Origin: a virus
IMG/VR virus record: IMGVR_UViG_3300024346_000022
Coordinates: 32,748-96,747 of that record
DNA: 64,000 bases
Reading direction: 5' to 3' (one strand)
The notes below the pieces were generated by a model, which ran no database searches, was not told the origin of the DNA, and saw only the letters and a list, made by a program, of their open reading frames with translations. Within the stretch, counting starts at the first letter, position 1. The number at the start of each line of letters is the position of its first letter. A program made the position numbers and the translations under genes. Shown here in pieces: positions 53,472 through 61,247 of this stretch.

Positions 53472-53732
53472 TTAACGAATCTCAAAATCTAAACGGCGAA
53501 CTTTACGCTGGCGTCTTTCTTCTTGCCACATTAAATCCTCATTACGAAGAACATTACTTGTGGTTTTTTGAGTTTGATTATTCAGCATTACTATCATTGA
53601 CAAATCAAGAGCAGTAATTTTAGCATTACGAATAATGGTTGCCATATTAGAGCAACCACAAGAAACTGATTTTGCGGCATTTCCTTCTATCTCCTTTTCA
53701 CAAGAGCGACATCTAATTCTTAAGTTTTCCAT
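53472..53732 (-). CDS. Conserved cyanophage Zn-binding hypothetical protein
   Basis: CRSC...CGC; RKVRRLDFEIR C-terminus. Confidence 0.65.
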   Translation of the reverse strand: MENLRIRCRSCEKEIEGNAAKSVSCGCSNMATIIRNAKITALDLSMIVMLNNQTQKTTSNVLRNEDLMWQEERRQRKVRRLDFEIR

Positions 53733-53752
53733 TTGTCATTATAAGTTAATTT

Positions 53753-54187
53753 TTATTCGGTAAATGAACGTAGCATCCAAACAAACTTACCGTGTGCTTC
53801 GTTTAAATCATCAGCAAGATTAACAGTTCCTCTTGACTTTTGTGCGTCTGCTTCTTCGGCAACTTCACCTAACATATCTATAATCTTTTTATGACCCTCA
53901 AGTAGATCTTTAATCATTTCCATTTCAGAGATATTAGTTTTTGCTTCTCCTACACCAGAAACTTCTACAACTCTAGACAAAGAACTAATAGGTTTGATTC
54001 CTAAAAATCTCATATGTTCTGATATACGATCAACTTCTTCCTGAAGTTCTTCATACTGCTCTCCAAACAAATCGTGAATTTGTTTAAAGTCGGATCCCAC
54101 AACATGCCAATGATAGACCCAGGTTTTTTGAAATAACAAAAAAAGTGATGCTTGTGTATCACTTATAAGTTTATACAGTTTTTCCAT
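53753..54187 (-). CDS. dps: Dps / ferritin-like DNA protection protein
   Basis: YHWHVVG.DF...HDLFGEQYE...DRISEH...HGKFVWML ferroxidase signature. Confidence 0.92.
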   Translation of the reverse strand: MEKLYKLISDTQASLFLLFQKTWVYHWHVVGSDFKQIHDLFGEQYEELQEEVDRISEHMRFLGIKPISSLSRVVEVSGVGEAKTNISEMEMIKDLLEGHKKIIDMLGEVAEEADAQKSRGTVNLADDLNEAHGKFVWMLRSFTE

Positions 54188-54212
54188 TATACTAAATGTT
54201 TTAAGTATTTAT

Positions 54213-54377
54213 TTAGGAACCACTTATCATATATTCTACAGTATTTGCCACATCATTCATCGCTTCTCGTAGATTTTCACTTTGACCAGATTCTTGTTTG
54301 CGAACAGGACGAGAACTATTACAAAGAGTCCACCGCCACTGATTCATAGAATCACACCACCATAAGTTAATTTTCAT
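54213..54377 (-). CDS. Conserved small hypothetical protein
   Basis: MKINLWW...QWRWTL...QESGQ...AMNDVANTVEY. Confidence 0.6.
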   Translation of the reverse strand: MKINLWWCDSMNQWRWTLCNSSRPVRKQESGQSENLREAMNDVANTVEYMISGS

Positions 54378-54586
54378 TCTTATAGTGCTCCAGCTCAATC
54401 CATTTAAGAAGTGTATTAAATGAAGTAATAGATGCCTGAGTACAATTATCGTCCTTAAGTCTTTGAATATAATACTCAAGTGCCTCAATAACCATTTGGC
54501 GGTCTGTTTGTGATATTAGTGACATAAAAATCTTAACTCCAAGTTATAGTACACAAAAAAGGGGGTTTTGCCACCCCCCCTATGTA

Positions 54587-55552
54587 TCATTCCTTAATTT
54601 GATTTACAGCAGCCTGTGCTTTTGCTTGAATTGCATCCTTAAGAGGAACATATCCAAGATCATCAGCAAATGCCTGTGCCTTATCACTCAGCATATAATT
54701 GATAACACCTTTAATAGCATCAGTCTTAGCACCATTACCAGTTCTATAGGCAAGCAGATAAGTCAGTGTTGCAATGGGATATGCACCTTTTGCAGAAGGA
54801 TTTGGATCCTGCCCTGCAAGGTTTTTATTCAGAACAATACCATTCAGTGCCTTGGCACCGGAAGCATAACTAGGGAGAACAAACTCACCAGACTTATTCT
54901 GAACTGCCGCTGCTTTCAGATTACCTTTGACAAAGGATTGATTGAGATATCCAATAGATCCGGGAGTTGTTGCAAGAATACCGGCAACGCCATCATTACC
55001 TTTACCACCAACACCAACTTTCCAATTTACAGACTTAGCAGATCCAAGTGTCCATTCTTTAGAAAATGCTTGCATTGATTCGGTGAATGCAGCAGTGGTT
55101 CCAGAACCATCAGAACGGTGTGCTACGGTGATTTTACCAGCAGAGCAACCAAGTTCTTTCCAGTTATCAATAGAACCCATAAAAACAGATACTGCTTGCT
55201 TCTGAGTGAGTTTCAGTTTGCAAGCAGGATTATTGTAGGCAATTGCAATTGTTCCACCAACAGTAGGAATTTGTACCACACCACGAGAAACTTTAGCACG
55301 ATCCTTATCACTAATTGGATCATCAGTAGCACCAAGGGCAACTGTTTGGTCAATGAATGCCTTACGACCACCACCAGAACCAATTGCTTGATAATTGACT
55401 TTGGGACCGTCAGATTTGGCAAGATTAGAGAACCAACGAGTATAGATGGTTTCAGGAAATGTAGCACCAGCAATATTGATTCTTGCAGGCAATGCAAATG
55501 CTGCGGTAGGAGAAAGAGCAAGACCAATAGCAATAAAATGTTTGAGTTTCAT
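54587..55552 (-). CDS. pstS: Phosphate-binding periplasmic protein
   Basis: Signal peptide, GATFP, YQAIGSGGG, HRSDGSGTT, GKGNDGVA, YPIATLTY. Confidence 0.95.
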   Translation of the reverse strand: MKLKHFIAIGLALSPTAAFALPARINIAGATFPETIYTRWFSNLAKSDGPKVNYQAIGSGGGRKAFIDQTVALGATDDPISDKDRAKVSRGVVQIPTVGGTIAIAYNNPACKLKLTQKQAVSVFMGSIDNWKELGCSAGKITVAHRSDGSGTTAAFTESMQAFSKEWTLGSAKSVNWKVGVGGKGNDGVAGILATTPGSIGYLNQSFVKGNLKAAAVQNKSGEFVLPSYASGAKALNGIVLNKNLAGQDPNPSAKGAYPIATLTYLLAYRTGNGAKTDAIKGVINYMLSDKAQAFADDLGYVPLKDAIQAKAQAAVNQIKE

Positions 55553-55564
55553 AAAAATGTTTTA

Positions 55565-55594
55565 AAGTTAAATTTTGGTTAAATGTACCTTAAT
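55565..55594 (-). promoter_or_regulatory. Pho box (SphR/PhoB site) upstream of pstS
   Basis: ATTAAGGT-aca-TTTAACCA-aaa-TTTAACTT; 11-bp period matching cyanobacterial PyTTAAPyPy(T/A). Confidence 0.75.
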
Positions 55595-55646
55595 ATCAAA
55601 AATCCCCCTTGCGGGGGAATAAATTGATATTGTACCTTATAGGTTA

Positions 55647-57131
55647 TCAGAACGTAAACTTAGTCTGAATTACGCCACCCCACTTGGAGGAGTTTTGATA
55701 ACGTTGGTTGTTATCAGCATAAAATATTGCCGGAGTAATACTAATGTTATCGGTGACTTGATACTTATAGAAGATCTCAATCATTAGAGCATCAGATACT
55801 TTTGAAACTTCTGCCGAGGGTGCTTGACCCACAGCAACGCCAGCACTATTACCCTTGGCAAATACATCAGACCACTGAAGACCAGCAAACCACGAATCCG
55901 AGTTCGTAGCACCATTTTTACCAACACGACCAGTTACGGAGTTATATCCATAACCAGCACTGATAGAAGGAACCCAACCAGATTCGACCGGTTGCCAATA
56001 AGCATTCAGAGCAACAGAGTTTGATTCCTGACCACTATCAAGAGCACCATTGGCACCCAGAAGACCGTTGTAGGTGCGAGGACGAGTGTTGACACCACCA
56101 TAGCGGTAACCAACAGCAACTCCCCACTGAGGAGCACGATAACCCACCTGAGCGAGCACGTTTAGACCACCATCAGAATCAAATACACCTGTTTCAGAAA
56201 ACTCACCATCTTGTGCGACATAGTTCACACCAGCCATGAAACCACCTTGACCTTTTTGAGTAGGTTGTTTCCATTGAGCACCGAAACCAGCACCAGTTGC
56301 CTTGTTATAGACACCAGAAGTACCAGCAAGTTGGAAAAAGTCAAGGATTTCTGACTTATAGGCAGAAGGAATCCACGACATCTCGGTATTACGAACCAAA
56401 GGACCAGCAGTTAGAGTTACACTCTTACCGACTGGGAATTGATAGTAAAGACGATCAATCACTGCTTGATCGGAATAAGATTCTGCCTTATCAACTTTGA
56501 ACAGAGAAGAGGAAGAACCAAAAGGATCAGAACTAAAGTTTCCTGAACGGAGACGAGTACGAAGCAAATCCTTACCCGTGAATGAAGTATCAAAGTTCAG
56601 ACGGAGATCATAGTTGAATGCGGTGTTGCCGACGTTTCCACCTTTATTCGTTTTAAGACCAGGAACTCCACCAAGAACAAAGTTTGCTTCACCCTTGAGT
56701 TTGGTTGTAGTAGAGAATTGTGTTGCCTGAAGTTGACCAACTTTATTCTCAAGACCATCCACACGAGAAGTCAATACAGTCAATTCTGCATCAAATTCTG
56801 CTAGGAGTTTTTTGAGTTCATCAGTAACTTCTGTTACACGATCTAGACAAGCATTAAGAAGAGCAGCAGCCTCAAAGCGAGTCATTGACTGACCGCCCTT
56901 ATAGGTTCCGTTAGGATATCCTGCCACACAACCATAACGCTCTACAAGATTGCTGAGTGCTTGATATGCCCAGTCAGTTGTTTGGACATCAGAGAATTGA
57001 GTAATGCTAGTAACTTGTTCCGAAGAGGCATATTGATTTACACCCTCAAGATTCAGTTCAGCAGCAGTTGCGGTAGGAGCGATAAGTCCCAGAGCAACCG
57101 GAGCAAGCATTAATTGTTGAAAAAATTTCAT
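55647..57131 (-). CDS. Cyanobacterial outer-membrane porin (SLH plus OprB-like, Som type)
   Basis: QVTSITQFSDV..TDWAYQAL..LVERYGCVAGYP, FSTTTKLKGE, terminal TKFTF. Confidence 0.92.
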   Translation of the reverse strand: MKFFQQLMLAPVALGLIAPTATAAELNLEGVNQYASSEQVTSITQFSDVQTTDWAYQALSNLVERYGCVAGYPNGTYKGGQSMTRFEAAALLNACLDRVTEVTDELKKLLAEFDAELTVLTSRVDGLENKVGQLQATQFSTTTKLKGEANFVLGGVPGLKTNKGGNVGNTAFNYDLRLNFDTSFTGKDLLRTRLRSGNFSSDPFGSSSSLFKVDKAESYSDQAVIDRLYYQFPVGKSVTLTAGPLVRNTEMSWIPSAYKSEILDFFQLAGTSGVYNKATGAGFGAQWKQPTQKGQGGFMAGVNYVAQDGEFSETGVFDSDGGLNVLAQVGYRAPQWGVAVGYRYGGVNTRPRTYNGLLGANGALDSGQESNSVALNAYWQPVESGWVPSISAGYGYNSVTGRVGKNGATNSDSWFAGLQWSDVFAKGNSAGVAVGQAPSAEVSKVSDALMIEIFYKYQVTDNISITPAIFYADNNQRYQNSSKWGGVIQTKFTF

Positions 57132-57190
57132 ATAGTTTGTTAAGAAATACAACTACGATGTTTATTTAGCTCCCCTGATATTTGAGGGGA

Positions 57191-57261
57191 AGCGGATACA
57201 CGGATTTGAACCGAGGATAAAAGTTTGGAAAACTCTTGTGTTACCACTACACCATATCCGC
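57191..57261 (-). tRNA. tRNA-Gly(UCC)
   Basis: GCGGATA stem; TT TCC AA loop; GGTTCAAATCC. Confidence 0.9.
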
Positions 57262-57271
57262 ATTTGAGAGA

Positions 57272-57300
57272 ATTATAAGACATAATGAGTATTATGTCAA
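57272..57300 (-). promoter_or_regulatory. Sigma70 promoter with a palindromic spacer, in front of tRNA-Gly
   Basis: TTGACA-17-TATAAT containing GACATAAT-ACTC-ATTATGTC. Confidence 0.75.
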
Positions 57301-57373
57301 GCCCCCAGCGAGGATTTGCACCCGCGACTATCGCTTACAAGGCGATTGTTTTAACTACTACAACTATGGGGGC
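57300..57373 (-). tRNA. tRNA-Thr(UGU)
   Basis: GCCCCCA stem; ATCGC-CT TGT AA-GCGAT; T-loop TGCAAAT. Confidence 0.82.
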
Positions 57374-57375
57374 AA

Positions 57376-57448
57376 CTCCCCTCCTAGGTAACGCTCCTAG
57401 CTATCTCGAATTAACAGTTCGGCCCATTCGCTTGCTTGGTCGAGGGGA
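57376..57448 (-). tRNA. tRNA-Asn(GUU), atypical
   Basis: TCCCCTC/GAGGGGA stem; CGAA-CT GTT AA-TTCG; T-arm CTAGG-AGCGTTA-CCTAG. Confidence 0.75.
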
Positions 57449-57452
57449 ATGA

Positions 57453-57535
57453 TGGTAGGAGGGATTTCTATGTGCCGATAGAATCACCTTTCACATCATC
57501 TAGCAGAAACCAGAGAGCGGTGTTGCACTTCCTAC
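57453..57535 (-). ncRNA. Orphan structured RNA in the tRNA cluster, ending ...UACCA
   Basis: GTAGGA/TCCTAC closing stem, two internal hairpins, AGTGCAACA and GTGAAAGG single-stranded motifs; promoter at 57566-57594. Confidence 0.5.
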
Positions 57536-57590
57536 ATTTTGATAGAGGCGCCTCTATCAGTTTATATATTACACCATTTCTGGGATGGTG

Positions 57591-58061
57591 TCAAGTCCAA
57601 AGATTATGATCATATTCCCAATGACAATTTGGGCACAAAGGCATTATATTTTGTTTTGAGTTTATTTCACTAATCAATATATCATCACTAAAGGAAGAAA
57701 TGGGTTTTATATGTGCAACTTCTATATGTTTATTATATCCACATTTAAGACACTCAGTAAATCCAAGTTTTTTAGCAATTGCTCTCGCTCTTGTTCTTAC
57801 CAAGGAGAATGCCGATGACTTGTGGTGATTTTCATATATCGCTTCTTTAAGAGTCATATCTTTTACTTCTTTATTCTTTATCCATATCAAATAGTGTTCC
57901 ATACAACGAGCACGATTTGCTGTTATTGGTTTTCCACAATCCAAACATTTATGTTCAGGTTTTCTTTTAGGAACCTTTTTATTGTTATAAGAAGCAGCAC
58001 AACTTCTACTGCAAAATTTGGGATTAGAAGTATGCTTTTCGCAAAATAAACATTTAATCAT
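57591..58061 (-). CDS. HNH homing endonuclease with Zn-finger N-terminus, within the tRNA cluster
   Basis: KFCSRSC, CLDCG, CLKCG...EVAHIKP...NIMPLCPNCHWEYD. Confidence 0.88.
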   Translation of the reverse strand: MIKCLFCEKHTSNPKFCSRSCAASYNNKKVPKRKPEHKCLDCGKPITANRARCMEHYLIWIKNKEVKDMTLKEAIYENHHKSSAFSLVRTRARAIAKKLGFTECLKCGYNKHIEVAHIKPISSFSDDILISEINSKQNIMPLCPNCHWEYDHNLWT

Positions 58062-58063
58062 AA

Positions 58064-58105
58064 TGGAACCTTTAGTTACTATTATTTATACGCTAAAAGG
58101 TTCCA
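58064..58105 (-). promoter_or_regulatory. Late promoter inside an RBS-sequestering hairpin
   Basis: TGGAACCTTT...TATAAATA...AAAGGTTCCA immediately before the ATG. Confidence 0.7.
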
Positions 58106-58109
58106 AAAA

Positions 58110-58228
58110 CGTCTCGTGCAAGATTCGAACTTGCGACCCACTGCTTATCACCTTATAAGGAATTGAACCTTATCATAACCACCCGGAAGGCGGAAGGCAG
58201 TTGTTCTAATCCGCTGAACTAACGAGAC
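58110..58228 (-). tRNA. tRNA-Arg(UCU) interrupted within the anticodon by a 45-nt insert (58148-58192)
   Basis: Removing the insert gives the GTCTCGT stem, ACTGC-CT TCT AA-GCAGT and GCAAG-TTCGAAT-CTTGC: a canonical cloverleaf. Confidence 0.85.
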
Positions 58229-58266
58229 ATAAGACAATCATAACAGACGATGCTAGGATTGTCAAA

Positions 58267-58339
58267 TGGGTTCGGTGGGGTACGATCCCACAACCTTTGC
58301 CTTAAAAGGGCACTATTCTTCCAGTTGAATTACGAACCC
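58267..58339 (-). tRNA. tRNA-Lys(UUU)
   Basis: GGGTTCG stem; TGCC-CT TTT AA-GGCA; T-loop ATCGTAC. Confidence 0.85.
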
Positions 58340-58414
58340 ATAAGAAGAGAAGACCCAGACCTTCTCTATGGTCTCTCAACCACCCTCATAGAATAGCACC
58401 CAAGACCCGTGCTG

Positions 58415-58603
58415 TCAATCCTTTGCTTCCTTACGGGCGTTCTTTTCTTCGGTAATCTCGCCTCTACGGGTCTTTACCAGTTTTGACATTTCTTGTAGTG
58501 CCTTGCGAGCACGAGTTCCGGCAGCATTATTACCGGCAGCGAACTTTTCGTCTTCTACTTTCCATTCTTCAACGGCATTCAGTAGTTCTTGTGATGTAGA
58601 CAT
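58415..58603 (-). CDS. Histone H1-like (Hc1-type) small protein
   Basis: EKFAAGNNAAGTRARKALQE motif; start refined to MSTSQ. Confidence 0.65.
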   Translation of the reverse strand: MSTSQELLNAVEEWKVEDEKFAAGNNAAGTRARKALQEMSKLVKTRRGEITEEKNARKEAKD

Positions 58604-58646
58604 AATGATTTCTATAAAAAATAAGATATGTTTATATATAACATTT

Positions 58647-59078
58647 TTATTCGCATCCATCTATCCATGGAGCACATAAACGCATTTCTCCACCGAGTGA
58701 CTTACATTCTTCGGTATAACACACAGATTCATCAACTGGTTTCTCAATATACTTTGGTTGATATTTGCGATCATAATCGGCAATAATTCTATCGTACTCT
58801 GGTCTTACATTTTCGATTGCTCTATCAACTTCTAATTCAATTCTTACTTCTAATTCTTTTTTACTTTCAGTTCTTGGCAACTCATGATTTAACCCAAATT
58901 GTTGAAGAATTAAAGTATAAATTTTCCAAAGGTCTTTTTCACCAATCTTCAACCATCCAGATAAAGAAACTATAATCAGCACGATAATAGAACTCAGAAC
59001 AACTGACTTTATTTTTTTAGAAGTTGCATCAGGAAGAGTGATAAGTTTTCCATTCTTAATCTCAAAAAGTCTAAGCAT
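58647..59078 (-). CDS. Membrane hypothetical protein
   Basis: TM helix; C-terminal CYTEECKSLGGEMRLCAPW. Confidence 0.6.
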   Translation of the reverse strand: MLRLFEIKNGKLITLPDATSKKIKSVVLSSIIVLIIVSLSGWLKIGEKDLWKIYTLILQQFGLNHELPRTESKKELEVRIELEVDRAIENVRPEYDRIIADYDRKYQPKYIEKPVDESVCYTEECKSLGGEMRLCAPWIDGCE

Positions 59079-59352
59079 TATTCTTCTCGTATTCTTTAAT
59101 TGACTTATCCAAAACTCTTTCAATTCTATAAGTAATCAATTCAGAATCTTGAATTATATAATCATTTAGAATATCAATACCCATAGAAGACTGAACTTCA
59201 TCCAGTAAATTGAAAACTTTTTTCTTTTGAATTCCTGGAATGAGTGAAATTGCATCTAATGAGAAATGAACAATTGCACCAATCTTAATCCACTCCTTTA
59301 GAGATTTGTTTTCTTTTCCATACTTAAACTCAAAGATATTAAATTTACTCAT
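59071..59352 (-). CDS. Hypothetical protein
   Basis: 93-aa ORF coupled in the operon. Confidence 0.55.
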   Translation of the reverse strand: MSKFNIFEFKYGKENKSLKEWIKIGAIVHFSLDAISLIPGIQKKKVFNLLDEVQSSMGIDILNDYIIQDSELITYRIERVLDKSIKEYEKNNA

Positions 59353-59632
59353 TCAAGAAGTCCTCCAAAGCATCATCTAGCATTTGTTTAGCATCTATTT
59401 GTTTTCTGGGTTCTCTCATCTTTTTCGTATCAAAGGTAAGTATAGGTGTAATATTTCCACTTTCTTCCATTTTTACCTTTGCTCCAAATGGCGTTCCTTT
59501 GGGTTGAACTTCAAATGAATTATGAGAATTTAATTTAATCTCACCAATATCAGTTTGTACCTTTAAGTATCCCACTCTGGCGGCAATATCTATAATATCT
59601 TTTGGTTCTTGTGGAAGATTTTCTATTGACAT
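59345..59632 (-). CDS. Hypothetical protein
   Basis: 95-aa ORF coupled in the operon. Confidence 0.55.
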   Translation of the reverse strand: MSIENLPQEPKDIIDIAARVGYLKVQTDIGEIKLNSHNSFEVQPKGTPFGAKVKMEESGNITPILTFDTKKMREPRKQIDAKQMLDDALEDFLNE

Positions 59633-59684
59633 GAAAAAAGGAGGGTTATGAGTTCCCTCCTATATTTATTAAATTTTATGAATT

Positions 59685-60326
59685 TTAGACTTCGGTAAGA
59701 ACCATTCGCTTTGAATAATCATAAGCATAGTCAGTTCTTGCTCCGTGATCGCCCCAGCGTATCCACTTTCTAGCAAGTCGCATATAATCATTAATCGACT
59801 TACCAGGTGTTTTCATATGAGGTTCAATCATCTTCCAATCACCTTCATACAACATATAATCAAGTTGAGTATCAAGTGAAGAAGGATTGGCACCAATACG
59901 AGCAGCGTGTTTTCCTAGTCCATAAAAGCGAGAAGCATTAGTCCATTGAATTAATCCATACCCTCCACCGCAATTAGGATAAGACACTCTCACACCACCC
60001 TCACATATGTTAGGTGTGAAAGTAGACTCTTGGCGAATATTACCCATAATCGTCGCTAGGGCATTTTTGTCAGTAACTCCACGATCCTGGAGGAAGTCCA
60101 GAGTTCGTGATTCATTATGATTACATCCTTTACAAATTAATCGTGTAACTTTAGGTTTTTCGGGAACAACCTCTTTGGTCTCTGTCTCTCGAATAGGACC
60201 TTCAGGAACAATCGCAAATGGTGGTTGTACTGAAGATGTTGCCATACTCGGTGCTGGCAGTATTGCCGCTGATGTTGTAACCGCACCCAAAATCGCTACG
60301 GTCACATTTGTTAGGTTTTTAAGCAT
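59685..60326 (-). CDS. Secreted phage-tail-type lysozyme / cell wall hydrolase
   Basis: Signal-like N-terminus; ATIMGNIRQES...GYGLIQWT...QLDY. Confidence 0.8.
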   Translation of the reverse strand: MLKNLTNVTVAILGAVTTSAAILPAPSMATSSVQPPFAIVPEGPIRETETKEVVPEKPKVTRLICKGCNHNESRTLDFLQDRGVTDKNALATIMGNIRQESTFTPNICEGGVRVSYPNCGGGYGLIQWTNASRFYGLGKHAARIGANPSSLDTQLDYMLYEGDWKMIEPHMKTPGKSINDYMRLARKWIRWGDHGARTDYAYDYSKRMVLTEV

Positions 60327-60474
60327 TTAAGTTAATAGAATTCGGCATCCGTTTAAAAGGGGGGTATACCAACCCTCTCGGGAGGCACCTTCCACGGCTC
60401 TAGTTTTCAAGTCAAAGACTCATTATGAAAAAACCCACCTTTGGAAGTGGGTTCGTGACATTATATGCGATTAT

Positions 60475-60717
60475 TTAGGGTTTGTCAAGGGGTCGGTCGT
60501 CCAAGGCACTAATATCGATATACATAATGTCAATTTCCTTTACTTCTTCTGGAATATGAATCCATTCCTCAAACTCTTGTTGCAGAGCTTTAGCATTTTT
60601 ATGCCTATCTGATTCATGAAGTAAATCAATTTTATTGACAGCCCAATCCTTAATGTCGCATAAGGTATTATTATCCAATAATTCTTTCAAAATCTGATTT
60701 GATAAGGTTAGTGTCAT
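60475..60717 (-). CDS. Hypothetical protein (start uncertain)
   Basis: KNAKALQQEFEEWI; TTGACG-17-TATAAT upstream. Confidence 0.5.
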   Translation of the reverse strand: MTLTLSNQILKELLDNNTLCDIKDWAVNKIDLLHESDRHKNAKALQQEFEEWIHIPEEVKEIDIMYIDISALDDRPLDKP

Positions 60718-60783
60718 TATAATGGGTCTGTGCTTCCGCGTCAAGGGATGTGCCTACATACTATGATTAGGAATACTTATCAT

Positions 60784-61209
60784 ATGACTTGGCAGTACAA
60801 CAAAGAGGACTTTACCGATGTACCCAAAGGTATGGAAGGATTTGTTTATGTCATTACAAATCTAACTAATGATAAAAAATATATTGGAAAAAAGAACTTC
60901 TGGACTCGTCAAAAAGATCGTAAGACTGGTCGTAGAAAAACTAAAGAAAGTGATTGGCAGAAATACTTTGGTTCTTGTGATGAACTGATTGAAGATGTAA
61001 AGTTATTAGGTCAAGATAAGTTCTCCAGAGAAATCTTGTATTTGTGCCCTCATAAGAAATCTATGAGTTATTATGAGACGATGGAACAATTTAAGCGTGA
61101 TGTAATCTTAAGAGAAGATTATTACAACACAAATGTTGAAGGTAAGTTCTTTAGTAGCGAAGTAGAGAGACTTTATGAAATTGTCCTTAAGAGTTCTAAC
61201 GCGTCTTAA
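60784..61209 (+). CDS. GIY-YIG domain endonuclease (short, conserved T4-like)
   Basis: GFVYVITN...KYIGKK...WQKYFGS...REIL...E...YYNTN. Confidence 0.85.
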   Translation: MTWQYNKEDFTDVPKGMEGFVYVITNLTNDKKYIGKKNFWTRQKDRKTGRRKTKESDWQKYFGSCDELIEDVKLLGQDKFSREILYLCPHKKSMSYYETMEQFKRDVILREDYYNTNVEGKFFSSEVERLYEIVLKSSNAS

Positions 61210-61247
61210 AGTACTTAAAGCTCCCTGTTCTCAAAAGCAACAAACCT

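Noticed and set aside
58148-58192. tRNA-Arg insert as a group I/II intron remnant or prophage att scar
   Set aside because: No catalytic core, terminal G or duplicated tRNA 3' end; only a 7-nt GCCTTCC tandem at the 5' junction, while the tRNA-like fold explains all 45 nt
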